Origin: Mobula hypostoma
Lineage: Eukaryota
Reading direction: 5' to 3'
Assembly (NCBI RefSeq): GCF_963921235.1
Contig: NC_086108.1
Span: forward strand, 47,246,001 to 47,310,000
Length of the DNA: 64,000 bases
In this document: in pieces, positions 1 to 12,427 of the stretch
Numbering within the stretch: the first letter of the stretch is position 1
How the letters are laid out: each line of letters begins with the position of its first letter
Position numbers and translations under genes: made by a program
The notes under the pieces: model-generated
Seen by the model: the letters and a program-made list of their open reading frames with translations, nothing else
Databases searched by the model: none
Told to the model about the DNA's origin: nothing

Positions 1-324
1 TAGCCAGAGAGTAATAACAGAACCTCAGAGGTCAAATAGTGGCCCAAAACAAGCAGACGTTGTGCTGATTATAGGTGCCACTTGAATCAGTGATTATATT
101 GCATACTACAAATGCATGTCCAGCTCTGCATCACTTTTGCATTTGGTAATACCTTATACAAAGTGCAGCACTTGAATCGCCTGAGCGTCACATTTAAATG
201 CAATTGAAGACACTTTCAGAATGCAAGCTTCAAAACAATATCAAGATACCTGCGAAGCTAACAAGAAACTAATGAAAATATGATTCTCTCAAAAATACCT
301 CAAAGTTAATATTGAAACAAAGAA

Positions 325-477
325 ACATAGAAAACCTACAGCACAATACAGGCCCTTTGGCCCACAAAGTTGTGCAGAACATGACCCTACCTTAGAAATT
401 ACTAGACTTCCCCAAAGCTCATCTGAAAGTCTCTTAAAAGACGCTATCATACCTGCCTCCACCACCGTCACTGTTGC
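325..477 (-). mobile_element. CR1 LINE 3' fragment
   Basis: Reverse complement of the 3' tails at 16230-16295 and 30640-30719 (gggcctgtattgtgctgtaggttttctatgt). Confidence 0.75.
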
Positions 478-718
478 TTTGATATTGATCAAAGAAAACT
501 GAGCCGACCACAAAATTTAATGGGTACTTTTCAATTTCTGTGTGCGTGGCTATGATTGCATTGTTAACTTGCCTCACCTGCTTAAAGGATGCACATAACT
601 TGACCAACTGCTTGACTAACATCAATTCATTCTAAACAACTATCCTTTTCCCTCCATTTATATTTAACATCAATAAATATGAAGCCAATAACAACTCCAT
701 ATAATTAACAGGCTTAAA

Positions 719-1927
719 CAGGGGTCCCTAACCTTTTTTGCACTGCGGACCGGTTAAATATTGACAATATTCTTGCAGACCGGCCAACCGGGGGGGGTGT
801 AGTGTTGCCAACAGAAAAGAGTAGCAGTCAAATACGTTGGGTTTACCCCGAGAAAGACTACAATGACCATGAAGCCTTGCCGGGGCACCAGTGCGCGTGC
901 GTGTACGTGCCAATTTCCCCCCCCCCCAGCAAATCATTTTTGGCGATTCTGTTCGGGAGGGGGTGTTAATCACGACTATAATATAGGTGATAAGTGGCTA
1001 ATACACTCAATTTCGTTTCTAAAAGGGTTTATCTAACAAATTTAATATTAAACACACAGCGCATATTTTCCTCGCATGAATATAGTGATAAGTCAATTAT
1101 CAGGGGAGGACAGGGAGCTTGAAGTAAGTGTTGAATGAACTTCCAGTAGAAGTGGTAGAGGCAGGTTCGATATTATCATTTAAAGAAACATTGGATAAGT
1201 ATTTGGACAGGAAAGGAATGGAGGGTTATGGGTTGAGTGCAGGTCGGTGGGACTAGGTGAGAGTAGCATTCGACACGGATTAGAAGGGCAGAGATGGCCT
1301 GTTTCCGTGCTGTAATTGTTATATGGTTATAGTAGTCACTTATAAGTAAATAGCATCATAACATTTTAAGTAACGTTTGGATATTAAACACACAGCACAT
1401 ATTTTCCCCGTAAGAACATATAAAATCATTGCAACACACCAATATCGCTGAATCAGTGGGAGCCCTGGGCTTGTTTCCCTGCAACAAGACGGTCCCATCG
1501 AGGGGTGATGGGAGACAGTGATACTCGAAGGGGGTTCCTTATGTCCAGTCTATTCCGCAATTTAGTTTTTGTTGCATTCATTGCAGAGATATGTTGGAAA
1601 TGGAAGCAACGTTTTCAGTCCTTTCGTGGCTATCTTAGGATATTTAGCCTTGACTTTGATCCAGAATGCTGGCAGAGATGTTATGTCAAACATACTTTTC
1701 AGCCCGTTGTCATTTGCAAACTCAAGGAGTTGATCTCCTTCCCGGGCCGACATGGATGACGCGCGGGTAATGACCTTGCATGCGTAATGGCTCAACAGTG
1801 GCCGTGACAGGGAATGAGGAAAGGTGCAGCTGACTCATATCGCCAAATCATATCGTTTCCTCACAGCCCGGTAGCGTATGCTTTGCGGCCCAGTACCAGT
1901 CCATGGGCCGGTGGTTGGGGACCGCTG
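719..1927 (-). mobile_element. Non-autonomous hAT (Charlie/Buster-type) DNA transposon
   Basis: TIRs CAGGGGTCCCTAACC / CAGCGGTCCCCAACC; perfect 8-bp TSD GGCTTAAA (711-718, 1928-1935). Transposase C-terminal remnant at ~1453-1770 (FWIKVKAKYPKIATKGLKTLLPFPT...GKQAQGSH*). Confidence 0.92.
1120..1330 (+). mobile_element. CR1 3' fragment nested within the hAT element
   Basis: gtggtagaggcagg...tttaaagaaacattggataagtat...ggcctgtttccgtgctgtaa, the same 3'-end pattern as other CR1 copies in the window. Confidence 0.7.
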
Positions 1928-2636
1928 GGCTTAAAGATTCACATTGATACCACAGTAGAATTTCATTTCCACGGCAAAATCATTCATCTGATGAATTTTA
2001 TTTCTTTGTCCATTTAATCAGCAACACATGAGGCACAAAAATTAACTCCTTATTGTTGAAATTCAAACCAGTCTTTCAATGAAAGTATCTAATTTTGTTT
2101 AATTTTAAGTTATGCTTGCTCCAGATATTAACAATAAATTATTCTACTTCAAATACAATTGGTAAGATTACTGACAAATTTACTTATACAGCCTTTAATG
2201 TTTGATACCGAGGGAAAGCAACTGGTCTGTACTTTTCATGTTATAACCCCCACAATAGAATAGGAACCATTTAAACTGGATATTACACATACTGAAGTAG
2301 TCAATCATCCAGGCCAAGTGGTAGAAATACTCAAAAGGTTAAGGCAGCATATTCCACACCAGCTCTGAAAAAATGTTTTAAACCTGATACATATTTCTCT
2401 TTCATGATACTACCTGACCTGTGGAGTGTTCCCAACATAATCAGATAAAACAATTTCAGTCTCTGCCGTTTTCTTTTATATTTATAATGACATGATTTGA
2501 TCTTGTATCAACTAAAGGCCAGAGCACAGACTGATTTTATGTCGGGATTTAAATGGGATTAACTTCCTGAATCAGGAGGTCCAGGTATTCAGTCAGGTTT
2601 CATTTCTCAAAATATGCAGGCATTAATAAAAAGTGA

Positions 2637-2745
2637 CACACACAAAATGCTGGATGAACTCAGCCGGTCAGGCAGTATCTATGGAAATGAATCAATGGTC
2701 GACATTTCAAGCCGAGACCCTTCTTCAGGACTGAGAAGCAAGGGG
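2637..2745 (-). mobile_element. Penelope-associated repeat end carrying a hammerhead-like motif
   Basis: cacaaaatgctggatgaactcagccggtcaggcag family sequence (also at ~4990, 6587, 8655, 41056, 43475, 46615, 51644, 62765). Minus strand reads CTGAAGA-AGGGTCTCGGCTT-GAAA-TGTC. Confidence 0.7.
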
Positions 2746-2835
2746 GAAGATAAAACGTGACCATTTTTAATTTCGCAAGTTGCTGATTTTCTGAGGCTCA
2801 AGGAGACTTGATCCTGAAAAAGGAACAGAATTTAC

Positions 2836-2961
2836 CTGCAGGCCTGGGAAGAAAGCTAACAAAGCATCCATCCATGTCCGTGCATTTAGCAGTGGCTTAT
2901 GTATGTGGACATCGAGAAGGAGAGGAGGTTGGCTTATATACTTCATGATGGCTGCATAGTG
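2836..2961 (-). CDS. EDEM3: EDEM3 exon 10 (126 nt); gene continues beyond the left edge
   Basis: ttcag|...|gtaaat encodes [42 protein letters not shown]. Exons 1-10 sum to 1059 nt (353 codons) in one open frame. Confidence 0.97.
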
Positions 2962-4553
2962 CTGAAAGGGAAAACAACAGATGACAGCACTGCCATTTCC
3001 TCTCAGATACCTTAAGTTAATGTATCAACTGAAATATTTTACTATTTCATTCCTTTCTAACACAGCAAACTAAAGCAATACTTAAAAAATAAATAATGAT
3101 GAAGTGATATATTGTATTGCAGTTCTGCAGAATAAAACAGATGTCAGTTTGATCCTAACAAAATTCGGAGAACAAAATGCTGTGGTATCCTGCTTGATCC
3201 AATCAAGATTAACATCCACGACTTAAATTACAGATAGCTAATGGTGTTTAAAAGAGAAAATCGCAAGCTATCGGGAAAGCACATAATTGTTTCACTTGGG
3301 CTACAATAGAGACTGCAACGTTAACCATGCTTCCAGTGTCAAAATAGTATGCCCACTACTTACTACCCTCAACCCACACATTTTTGGAATGTGTGAGGAA
3401 ACCGAAGCACCTAAAGAAACTCACACTATCAAGGGGAAAACATACTAACTCCTTACAAAGAGTGGCGGAAACTGAACCCTAATCACTGGCACTGTAAATA
3501 TTGCAATAACTGCTACATGACCCAGCTGCGCAAAGTTTAAAATGGAAACAAGTAGTATAGGGAAATGTGGCACTGCAGGAGGGCTTTCATTATGCAGATA
3601 GAAAACAAGGAGGATTGGGCATCAGGTACCAACCAAAGCCTCAGAAGTGGGTTCTCCAATAACTGCTTAAGTGTCTTCCCCTTGTCGATATGGTCTTGCC
3701 ATTGCACCCATCACAAATCAGTTAACTACCATTGCATCTAATTTTATGCCACCTTACAGGGAAGGGGGAAATACGTCAGTGAATGAAGTGGTTGTATATG
3801 GTGGCACTATTGTAGTGCCTGTTGCCTGTGAGATGTACAATGTAAAACTGAAGCATATAGCCATGCTTATGTGTGGGAGCAAATCTAATGACTCACTGAA
3901 CGTGCTGATTAATAAAAGATCGGATGGCAAGTGAATTAAGGGAGCGGCGAAATGAATAGTATCTGAGGCTGGTGATGCAATTAAAGGAAAACAGCATTTG
4001 AAGCTGCGTTCAATGAACTTCCCTGTAGTTGCTAGTTACCTTTGAGCGTCACCATCAAACAACAAACTGAACCACTCAGTTTTCAACACCAGTTACTCTA
4101 ATTGTGTAAATTCATTACAATGCGAATAACTGCTTAATTACCACCACTCTGATTATATTTAGCCATCTGATTGGTAATCAGAATCATGTAAAAAGTGAAG
4201 TTTGACCAGGTTTAACACAGATTAGTGCTGAAGTTTTAAACCTTCATAAAATTATTTACTTTTCTTCCAAATAGCTTGATTGCATAAGCCAGAGTAACAA
4301 TTCCCTATAAAAGCTTTTGGGTAATTCAGCTGTTTTATCCAGCAATGCCATTGGTAGGTTGTAATTCATTTCAGTTCCAGAAAGAGTGAGACTTTAAAAT
4401 CAATTATTTGAATTTTATATACATATTTGAGTCTATCATGCTAGTAATATCTACCTAGTTTCTTTTTACTGACCATTCCTAATATTCATGGAATTATTTA
4501 AAGAAGGAAAATAACGTGACAACTAAGATGTAGCAAAAAGAAGCAAAACTTAC

Positions 4554-4651
4554 AGTGTTGAATCTCTGCAGATAGCCATCATCACCAAGCAGAATGTATG
4601 CTTTGAAGAGATATTCATAATAAGAATCAATTCCAGCTCCAACTCCACTAT
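4554..4651 (-). CDS. EDEM3: EDEM3 exon 9 (98 nt)
   Basis: tgcag|...|gtaagt encodes (D)[32 protein letters not shown], with the GH47 DSYYEYL motif. Confidence 0.97.
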
Positions 4652-5176
4652 CTGCATAAAAAAATCAGTAAAAATAATTTCATTTATTATAATTTAATTT
4701 ATTTTTATATATTTCTTATTGTAATTTATAGTATATTCTATGCATTGCCCTGCACTGCTGCTAAAAAACAACAAATTTCATGACATACAGGTACGTCAGT
4801 GATAATAAACCTTATTCTAATTCTGAGAACATTAACTAGATAAAAGTAGTATGTCAATCTATAGGAAAACATCAATAATCTAGCTAAATATTGGAAAATG
4901 GTATTTTCAATATCAAGGAATATGAAGAAAGGAACTTTTCACAGCAATTCAGGTATTATTAGTAAAACTGACACTGAAATAAGAAGTAACACACAAAATG
5001 CTGGAGGAACTTAGCAGGTCAGGCAGCATCTATGGAGAGGAATAAAACATCTGCAAATTTTGTTTTGTTCATGAAATGAGAAACGGAGAGAAATAGATCA
5101 ATGTCAGGAGGAAACTGTAAAGCATCTGATTTGATAGATGGGGAACAGAGAGAAGCACTGAAGCAACGTGTCCCAC

Positions 5177-5282
5177 CTCTGCGGACCCAGTCTCCAGTGT
5201 GGATGTTGATGGTTGTTCCCACTAGGTTGCTGTTGCGCTGCCGCCTTTCCCACAAGAAGTCTAAGGCCTTCCGAGCATGTTG
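5177..5282 (-). CDS. EDEM3: EDEM3 exon 8 (106 nt)
   Basis: tacag|...|gtggga encodes [35 protein letters not shown](D). Confidence 0.96.
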
Positions 5283-6451
5283 CTGTACAGAAGAAAAACA
5301 GTCCATTGCATGAACAGCTAAAACCATCACTTAAGGTTACATACAGCAGATGCCAAATATCCAAGTTCAAAGTATCTGCAGTTTGACTTCAGCAACCACA
5401 CTGCATCTACAGAATCCAGATAAATTATGTTACGATTCTTGAATAAATGCAGAGTCCTCAATTCAACTTGTAAAGACTGTTAGGAACCAGACATGATGCG
5501 CTACTGGGTGACATACATTCATATTAGTTAGAGCACCACTATGCAATTTCCCAACATTCTCGAAGAATGATGAAACTGGCCATGAACAATAAAAGTGAAA
5601 ATAGCCTTCAAAAGTTACTCCCCCAATCCCAATTTACTGGCCTAATAAATAATATATAATTTGTGTGAAAAGTCTACAAAACCTTGATAGAACAGTCAGT
5701 GTTGTTGCATTCCAGTCTACTTGTTATCTTGACTGTGTGTGCATTGATGGATTTTTCCTCAACACTTGATGCTTGTTCCATCACAAAGACAGTGATGACA
5801 AGAATAAAACCAGTCGGATTTCAATTTTAATAAGACTGCAAAATGCAAGTTTTAAAATGTTTCCATTGAATATAGATGTTTAATTTAAAAGTTATCCTTA
5901 TGTACATGTAAAAATCTGTTCAAAGCTCAGTTGTGCAATGCATGTACTGACATTTAAATGGCATCCTAGCAGAATGCAAATGCCTAAAAACAGTCATACC
6001 AAAGAAGGCCCAATTGTAACTCACTAATTGTGGATGAAATTTACTTCATAGCTTGTTATAAGCATCTTTCATTTAGGTTACACTTTTAATATTCCAGATA
6101 TTCCCCAGGCACTTAACAGGTGACATCAACAAAAGAAATAACTTCTGTTTGACAAGGTACCAAAAAGGAAATCATCTGAAACAAAATCTGGCTCAAAGGT
6201 TGGTCAAAGAAACATGATTTAAGGAGGATCTTAAAACATAGGGAAGAACTTCCATAACTTGGGACCAAAACATGCGAAACCATCATTGCTGCCAGTGAAT
6301 TAAAAATCAGAAAAAACATAGAAGACCCGTATTAAAGGATGATTTTACTTTGAAGAACTGTTTGGTAGCATGAGGATACAGGGATAGATGGCAAGATCAT
6401 GGAGGGATTTGAAAACAATGGTGACTTGTCATCAAACTGGAAGCCTATATA

Positions 6452-8224
6452 CAGTTGCAAAAAAAAACGTTTGTGTACCCTTTGCAATTGCTTGCATTAA
6501 TTACTCATAAAATGTTGTCTGATCTTCATATTAGTCACAATAATAGACAAACACAATCTCTCTAAACTAATAACACACAAACAATCCACACAAAATGCTG
6601 GAGGAACTCAGTAGGCCAGGCAGCATCTACGGAAAAGAGTACAGTCGATGTTTCAGGCTGAGACCCATCAGGACCTGATAAAGGGTTTCGGGCCGAAACT
6701 TCGACTATACTCTTTTCCACAGATGCTGCCTGGCCTGCTGAGTTCCTCTAGCATTTTGTCTGTGTTGCTTGGATTTCCAGCATCTGCAAATCTTCACTTG
6801 TTTGTGAATACACAATCAATTGTACTTTTCCTGTCTTTATTGAACACATTGTTTAATCATTCACAGTCCAGGCTGGAAAGTGTACGTGAACCCTTATATT
6901 TAATATTTGGTAGAACCTTCTTTAGCAGCAATAACCTCCATCAGATGTCTCCTGTAGCTGCTGATCAGACTTGCACAATGGTGAGGAGGAATTTTAGACC
7001 ATTCCTCCATACAAAACTGCATGAACAGCCCTCTTCAGGTCATACCACAGCATCTCAATTGAGATAAGGTCTGGACTCTGACTAGGCCATTCCAAAACAT
7101 GAATTTTCTTTTTAAACCATTCTGTTGTTGGTTTAACCTTGTGTTTCGGATCATTGTCTTGTAGCATCATTCAACTTCTATTGAATTTCAGGTGATGGAC
7201 CCCTATCCTGACATTCTGTAAAATGTCTTGATACAACTTTGAATTCATTGTTCCCTCAATGATTGCAAGCTGTCCAGGCCTTGAGGCAGCAAAGCAGGCC
7301 CAAACCATGGTGCTCCTTCCACCATGCTTCACAGTTGGAATGAGGTTTTGGTGTTGGTGTGCAGTGCCCTTTTTCCTCCAAATACAGTGGTGTGCATTTC
7401 AACCGAAATGTTCGCCTTTTGTCTCATCTGTCCACAGAACACTGCCCCAGAAGCATGGTGGAACATCCAGGTGTATTTTTGCAACCTTGAGACATGGAGC
7501 ATTTTTTTTGGGAGAGCAGCTGTTTCCTCTATGGTGTCCTTCCATGAACATCATTTTTGTTCAGTGTTTTTCTTACAGTGGACACATGAACAGAGACTTT
7601 AGCAAGTTCTATAGATTTTTGCAGGTCTTTTGCTGTTACCTTTGGGTTATTTTTCACCTCTTGCAGCAGTGCACATTGTGCTCTTAGTGTGATTTTTACA
7701 GTACGGCCACTCTGAGGGAGAATAGCAACAGTACTGAATTTCCTCTATTTGTAGACAACTTCTCTGTCTCTAGACTGATGGAACACTCAGGTCTTTAGAA
7801 ATACTTTTGAAGCCTTTTCCAGCTTCATGTATCTAAAATTCTACTTTTAAGGTCCTCTGAAAGTTGTTTTGATCGAGGCATAGTGCACATAAACAAATCT
7901 TTCTTGAGATGAGCAGGCTCTGTCAGAAACCTGACTTTGTGCCTCCTTACAACCCACACCTCCAATCTCATCTCATTGATTGGTACACCTGACTCCAAAT
8001 AGCTTTTGTAGAAGTTCATATACTTTTTTGAACTAGACTGTGATTGTTTAAATGATGTACTCAGTCTCAACGAGAAGTAGTACAATTGTTTGTGTGATAT
8101 TAGCTTAGGCAGATTCTGTTTGTCTATTATCATGACATATATGAAGATCAGACCACATTTTATGAGTAATTAATGCAGAAAACTAAGTAACTGCAAAGGG
8201 TTCACAAACTTTTTCTTGCAACTG
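6452..8224 (-). mobile_element. Tc1/mariner transposon with long IR/DR-type TIRs and degenerate transposase
   Basis: Ends cagttgcaa...tttgtg(t/a)accctttgca as long (~200 bp) inverted repeats, with TA on the left. Minus-strand remnants MPRSKQLSEDLK (from 7881), VLWTDET and PTVKHGGRSTMVWACF; stops and frameshifts present. Confidence 0.9.
6587..6810. mobile_element. Palindromic Penelope-associated hairpin element inserted in the Tc1 left TIR
   Basis: Arms cacaaaatgctggaggaactcag...ctgagttcctctagcattttgt are reverse complements; absent from the right TIR. Confidence 0.8.
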
Positions 8225-9039
8225 GTAGAGACATGCAGTGAGTAAAGGTTAAAAAATAATTTGGATTGAATTGACCATGAGTTTTGAATGAGCAGATGTT
8301 AATATAGAGCAAAACTTAGCAACAGGAATAGGGTTCCCAGCACCTTGAGGCTGCTCTATTATGGGCCAAGTCAAATTTCAATTGTGTAACTTTTAAATGT
8401 GAATTGCTGTGCAATGAAATTTATGGGCATCATTAAGCTCAAAGCCTGCTCTTCCATAACATCATGGCTGATTTTACACCTCAATATCATTTTCATGCCC
8501 CAAGCCATATCTATCAATCTTAGCTTTGAATTAAATCAATGACTATCCTATTATTTTGTATCTCCATGAGATTACACCTCATTCTTTTAAACATAAACCT
8601 ACTCAATCTCTCCTCATACAAGTGAACCAAGAAACAAAATGAAAATCAGAAAACTGCAGATGTTAGAAACTGAAACAAAATCAGAAATAGAAAATACTGA
8701 CAACACTCAGCAGTTTGGATAACATCTGTGGAAAAAGAAATAGTTACTATTTCAGATCAAAGACTCCATCAGAACTGTTAACTCTGTCTTTTCATAGAGG
8801 CTGTCAGAGTAGCTGAATGTTTCTAGCAAATTTCCAGGAACCAGTCTGGTGATTCTTTATCACATCCCCTCTACTGCAAAATTCTCCTCCTTTTGGTAAA
8901 AGTATCAAAGTTGGACACAATACTTTGGAATGTTCTCACCAAGGCCCTTTAAAATCTTTTTCCTTGTACTCAAGTCAATTTGCAATAAAGACCAACTGAA
9001 TTGGTAGCTGTTCCAGCATGCTGGCTTTCAATGACATTG

Positions 9040-9735
9040 AATGGAAAGATGATTTCAGGGCATGCAGGGAGAGAGAAGATTGGAAACTACAAATGTGTAA
9101 ATTTGATATCAATATTTGGGAAAATGCTGTAATCTATTTATTTGAAAAATCATTGGAAGTGGCAGGACACTTTGAAAAAGGTGCAAATAAGTAATCAGTA
9201 ATTCTGGGTTTTATCAAGAGACAAAGAGACGTAATGCTCATCCTTTATTTTGAACAGTGGTCCTCCAGACTGAACTGGAGTATTGCATTCAGTTTTGATC
9301 ATCACATTATAGGAAGGACATGAAAGCATTACAGACGGTGTAGAAGAGATTCGTAAAAATGGTTTGTAGGATAAAAGACAACAATAACAGGATAGATTAT
9401 AGGAATTTGTGATGGCATTCTTTGAGAGAAGGCTGGCGAAAGGTTCAAACGTTCAGATTAGAGATCTGAAATATCTGTACAGAGTAAACAATTAGGGTTG
9501 AGGACCAGAGTATAACAAAAGTGAAAACAATTCAGAGTGCTATTAGCGTTTTGTTTTAAAAACAATGCATGGCCAGAAACTGGAAGGAGGTTCTATTATA
9601 TATTGGACAAAATACAATAGCGAAAAGTTTTCCAGGCTAGAGAAAAATGTCCAATGAAGGTAGGAGGAGTAAAAACAGGAGAGTTGATTTGGAAGAGAAT
9701 TGGTCTAATGGCTTCTCCATTTTCTGATACTTTGT
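9040..9735 (+). mobile_element. Old degenerate CR1 3' fragment
   Basis: Remnant actggagtattgcattcagttttgatcatcacattataggaagga (LEYC-QFW-P-YRKD motif of the CR1 ORF2 C-terminus). Confidence 0.6.
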
Positions 9736-9853
9736 GTATGGACAGACAGGTCCACTTGATTATTAATATTGCAAAAATCTCTCACCGCTTTAAAGATACT
9801 GAACATTGCTGTTCTATTCTTTTGATTGAAGAAAGGATCAAACAAAGTTGATT

Positions 9854-10497
9854 AGATCATAAACATAGGAGCATAATTATGCCACTTGACCCATCGAGTC
9901 TGCTCCACCATTCTATCATGGCTGATTTATCTCAACCCCAATCTCCTACCTTCTCTCCATAGCCTTTGACATTCTGACTAAACAAGAATCTATCAATCTC
10001 CACTTTAAATATACCCAACAGCTTGGCATCCAAAGACTGTGTCAGTAAATTCCACAGATTCACCACACTCTGGCTATAGAAATTCCTCCTCATCTGTCCT
10101 GAATGGACATCCCTCTATATGAGGCGGTGCCCTGTAGTCCTAGAATCCCCAACTATAGTAGATAACCTCTCCACATCCACTCTCTCGAGGCCTTCTAATA
10201 TTTAAGAAGTTTCAATTCTTCTAAACTCCAGTGACTACAGGTCTAGATCCATCAAACACTCCTTACACATTAACACTTTCATTCCAGGGATCATTTCTTG
10301 TGAACTTCCTCTGGATCCTCTCCAATGTCAGCATATCTTTTCTTAGATAAGGCACCCACAAACTGTTCACAACACTCCAGAAGTAGTCGGATCAATGTCT
10401 TATAAAGCCTCAACATTATATCTTTGTTTTTATATTCTAGTCCTCTCATAATGAATGGTAACATTGCATTTGCCTTCCTTACCATCAACTCGACTTG
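9854..10497 (-). mobile_element. CR1 LINE 3' fragment
   Basis: ORF 10291..10689 contains KANAMLPFIMRGLEYKNKDIMLRLYKTLIRLLLECCEQF; the CR1 3' tail ends near 9854. Confidence 0.85.
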
Positions 10498-10524
10498 TCT
10501 GATCCTCTCAACCAAATCATTTAA

Positions 10525-10845
10525 GTTACAGCAAGAAGGTGGAGGGAGAGGAGGAAGAAGTACAAGGTAGTGGGTGATAGGTGAAACCAGGAGAGGGGGA
10601 GGGGTGAAATAAAGAGATGGGAAGTTGACAGGTGAAAGAGATAAAGGGCTGGAGAAGGGGAAAACTGATAGGAGAGGGTAGAAGACCATGGAAGAAAGGA
10701 AAGGGGAGAAGCATCAGAAGGAGGTGATGAATAGGTAAGGAAATAAGATGAGGGGGGAAAATGGGATTGGTGAAGAGGGGGTGCAATCACTGGAAGTTCG
10801 AGAAATCAATGTTTATTCCTTCAGGTCGGAGGCTACCCAGACGGT
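10525..10845 (-). mobile_element. Penelope-like element 3' fragment
   Basis: Minus strand encodes RLGSLRPEGINIDFSNFQ* (end of the Penelope GIY-YIG ORF), followed by a pyrimidine-rich tail. Confidence 0.7.
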
Positions 10846-12188
10846 TTCTTTTACTTCCTCATTTGCACTGGAACCTTGGACCTCAAGTACTCCTGGGGAA
10901 GTTTTTTTGTGTCTTTTTCTGTGCTGACAAAACCAAAATATTTGTTTTATCCCTCTGCCATCATTTTATTCCCCATTAACTTTTTTGTTTGCTTTACGGT
11001 TCTTACGAGTTTACTCTCAGATTCTACTTTCCCTTTCTTTACCAATTTTCTTTTCCATTTCCTTAAATTTAAAACTATCTTTAACTAGTGTCCAGTGTCA
11101 TTGTGCCTTAAAAAAGATCAAAGAAGCAGGGTGTTCTCAGAGCTGGAAAATTGAACAGAAAATCTAATGAACAGGTTCAAAATTATAAGGGCCATTTCCT
11201 CTGGCTGAAGTCTAATATCTAGAGCAGGTACATTTAGACTGATTGGCAAAAGAACTCATTTATCAACAAGCGGTCAGACAACGTGATGCAAGAGCAACAC
11301 TGGATTTAATAAGTTGCTTTCAAATAAACAATTATATTAATTTTTGGAAGGAGGACAGGGAGAACAAGTGGGATTAAATAGACTGCATTTTGAAGACAGA
11401 TGATGAAAAGTGGATGGACTTAATGAATTCCATAAATGCTGCAGGTTTTTATGATTCTACAAAATCTCATGACTTCTGCCATTTTCAGTGCACAAAGCAT
11501 CATTGGCACAAGGACCTGAAAATAAAATTAGAGTGAAGTATTTAAATATTTTGTATTGAACTATTTAATTTTAAGTTTGAGTCTTAAACCTACTTACAAA
11601 TCATTAGAATACTATTCCAGAGCTGAATGGTTTTAATTAATAGGAGAGACTAAAGAGTGGTGTCCTCTTTTTACTTGAGTTGAGAGATCGAGAGAAGATT
11701 TGATAGGTGTAAAAATCATAAAGAGCTTTGACAAATTGGGAGAGACAATTGCAGCAACAAATGAACAGGTGGTTCCACATTTTAACTTATTATCAGTGAA
11801 ATTAGAGGATTTTTCTTTCCTCATATGGATAAGTCTACTATTGTGTGTGGATTATTTTCACAGATATTTGTGACACAGATTCAACTCATAATACTAAAGA
11901 ATGAGAAATCAATAGTTTTCTCTTCCAAATAAAAAAATAACTTTTAGAAAACAGAGAACATTTATTATCTTTGATTCAATTACCTCCCATCCTTTCAGAC
12001 TGCCGAATTTGTTGATAGTTCTTTCAGAGACCTGATAAAGGCAGCACATTTGAATGATTTTCTCTGATTCTTATGGTTAGAGGGATAACAAAAAGTGGGC
12101 CAGGGTATACTTGGATTTGAATTATGTACTTCCAACTCTAAATTGTACATGGATTCTGCCCTTTACTAATTGCTCCCTTTCCACACAC

Positions 12189-12323
12189 CTCAAAAATTGG
12201 GTCTCCAGAAAGTCTGCTCAGAGCTGCAAACTCCAGAATAAGAGTCCCTGCGCAGGCTGTACAGGTGTCTGTTTCTGTACCCGTTCTGGCTTGCGGTTGT
12301 CTCACTCCATACTTCAGATTGAC
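12189..12323 (-). CDS. EDEM3: EDEM3 exon 7 (135 nt)
   Basis: aaaag|...|gtgtgt encodes [45 protein letters not shown] (within ORF 12138..12350); phase 0 at both ends. Confidence 0.96.
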
Positions 12324-12427
12324 CTTTTTGTTCAAAAATATATTTTGCATTAATTACAAAGGAAATAAAGATATTTAAGTATTTTCAGGTTACCACATTT
12401 ATCATTTGCTAAATAACAAAATACTCA

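Noticed and set aside
1..2835. EDEM3 exon 11 (expected VLKGDIRPAIETHEML-like)
   Set aside because: No matching sequence seen; it presumably lies left of the window.
7259..7687. 142-aa plus-strand ORF
   Set aside because: Antisense reading of the decayed Tc1 transposase.
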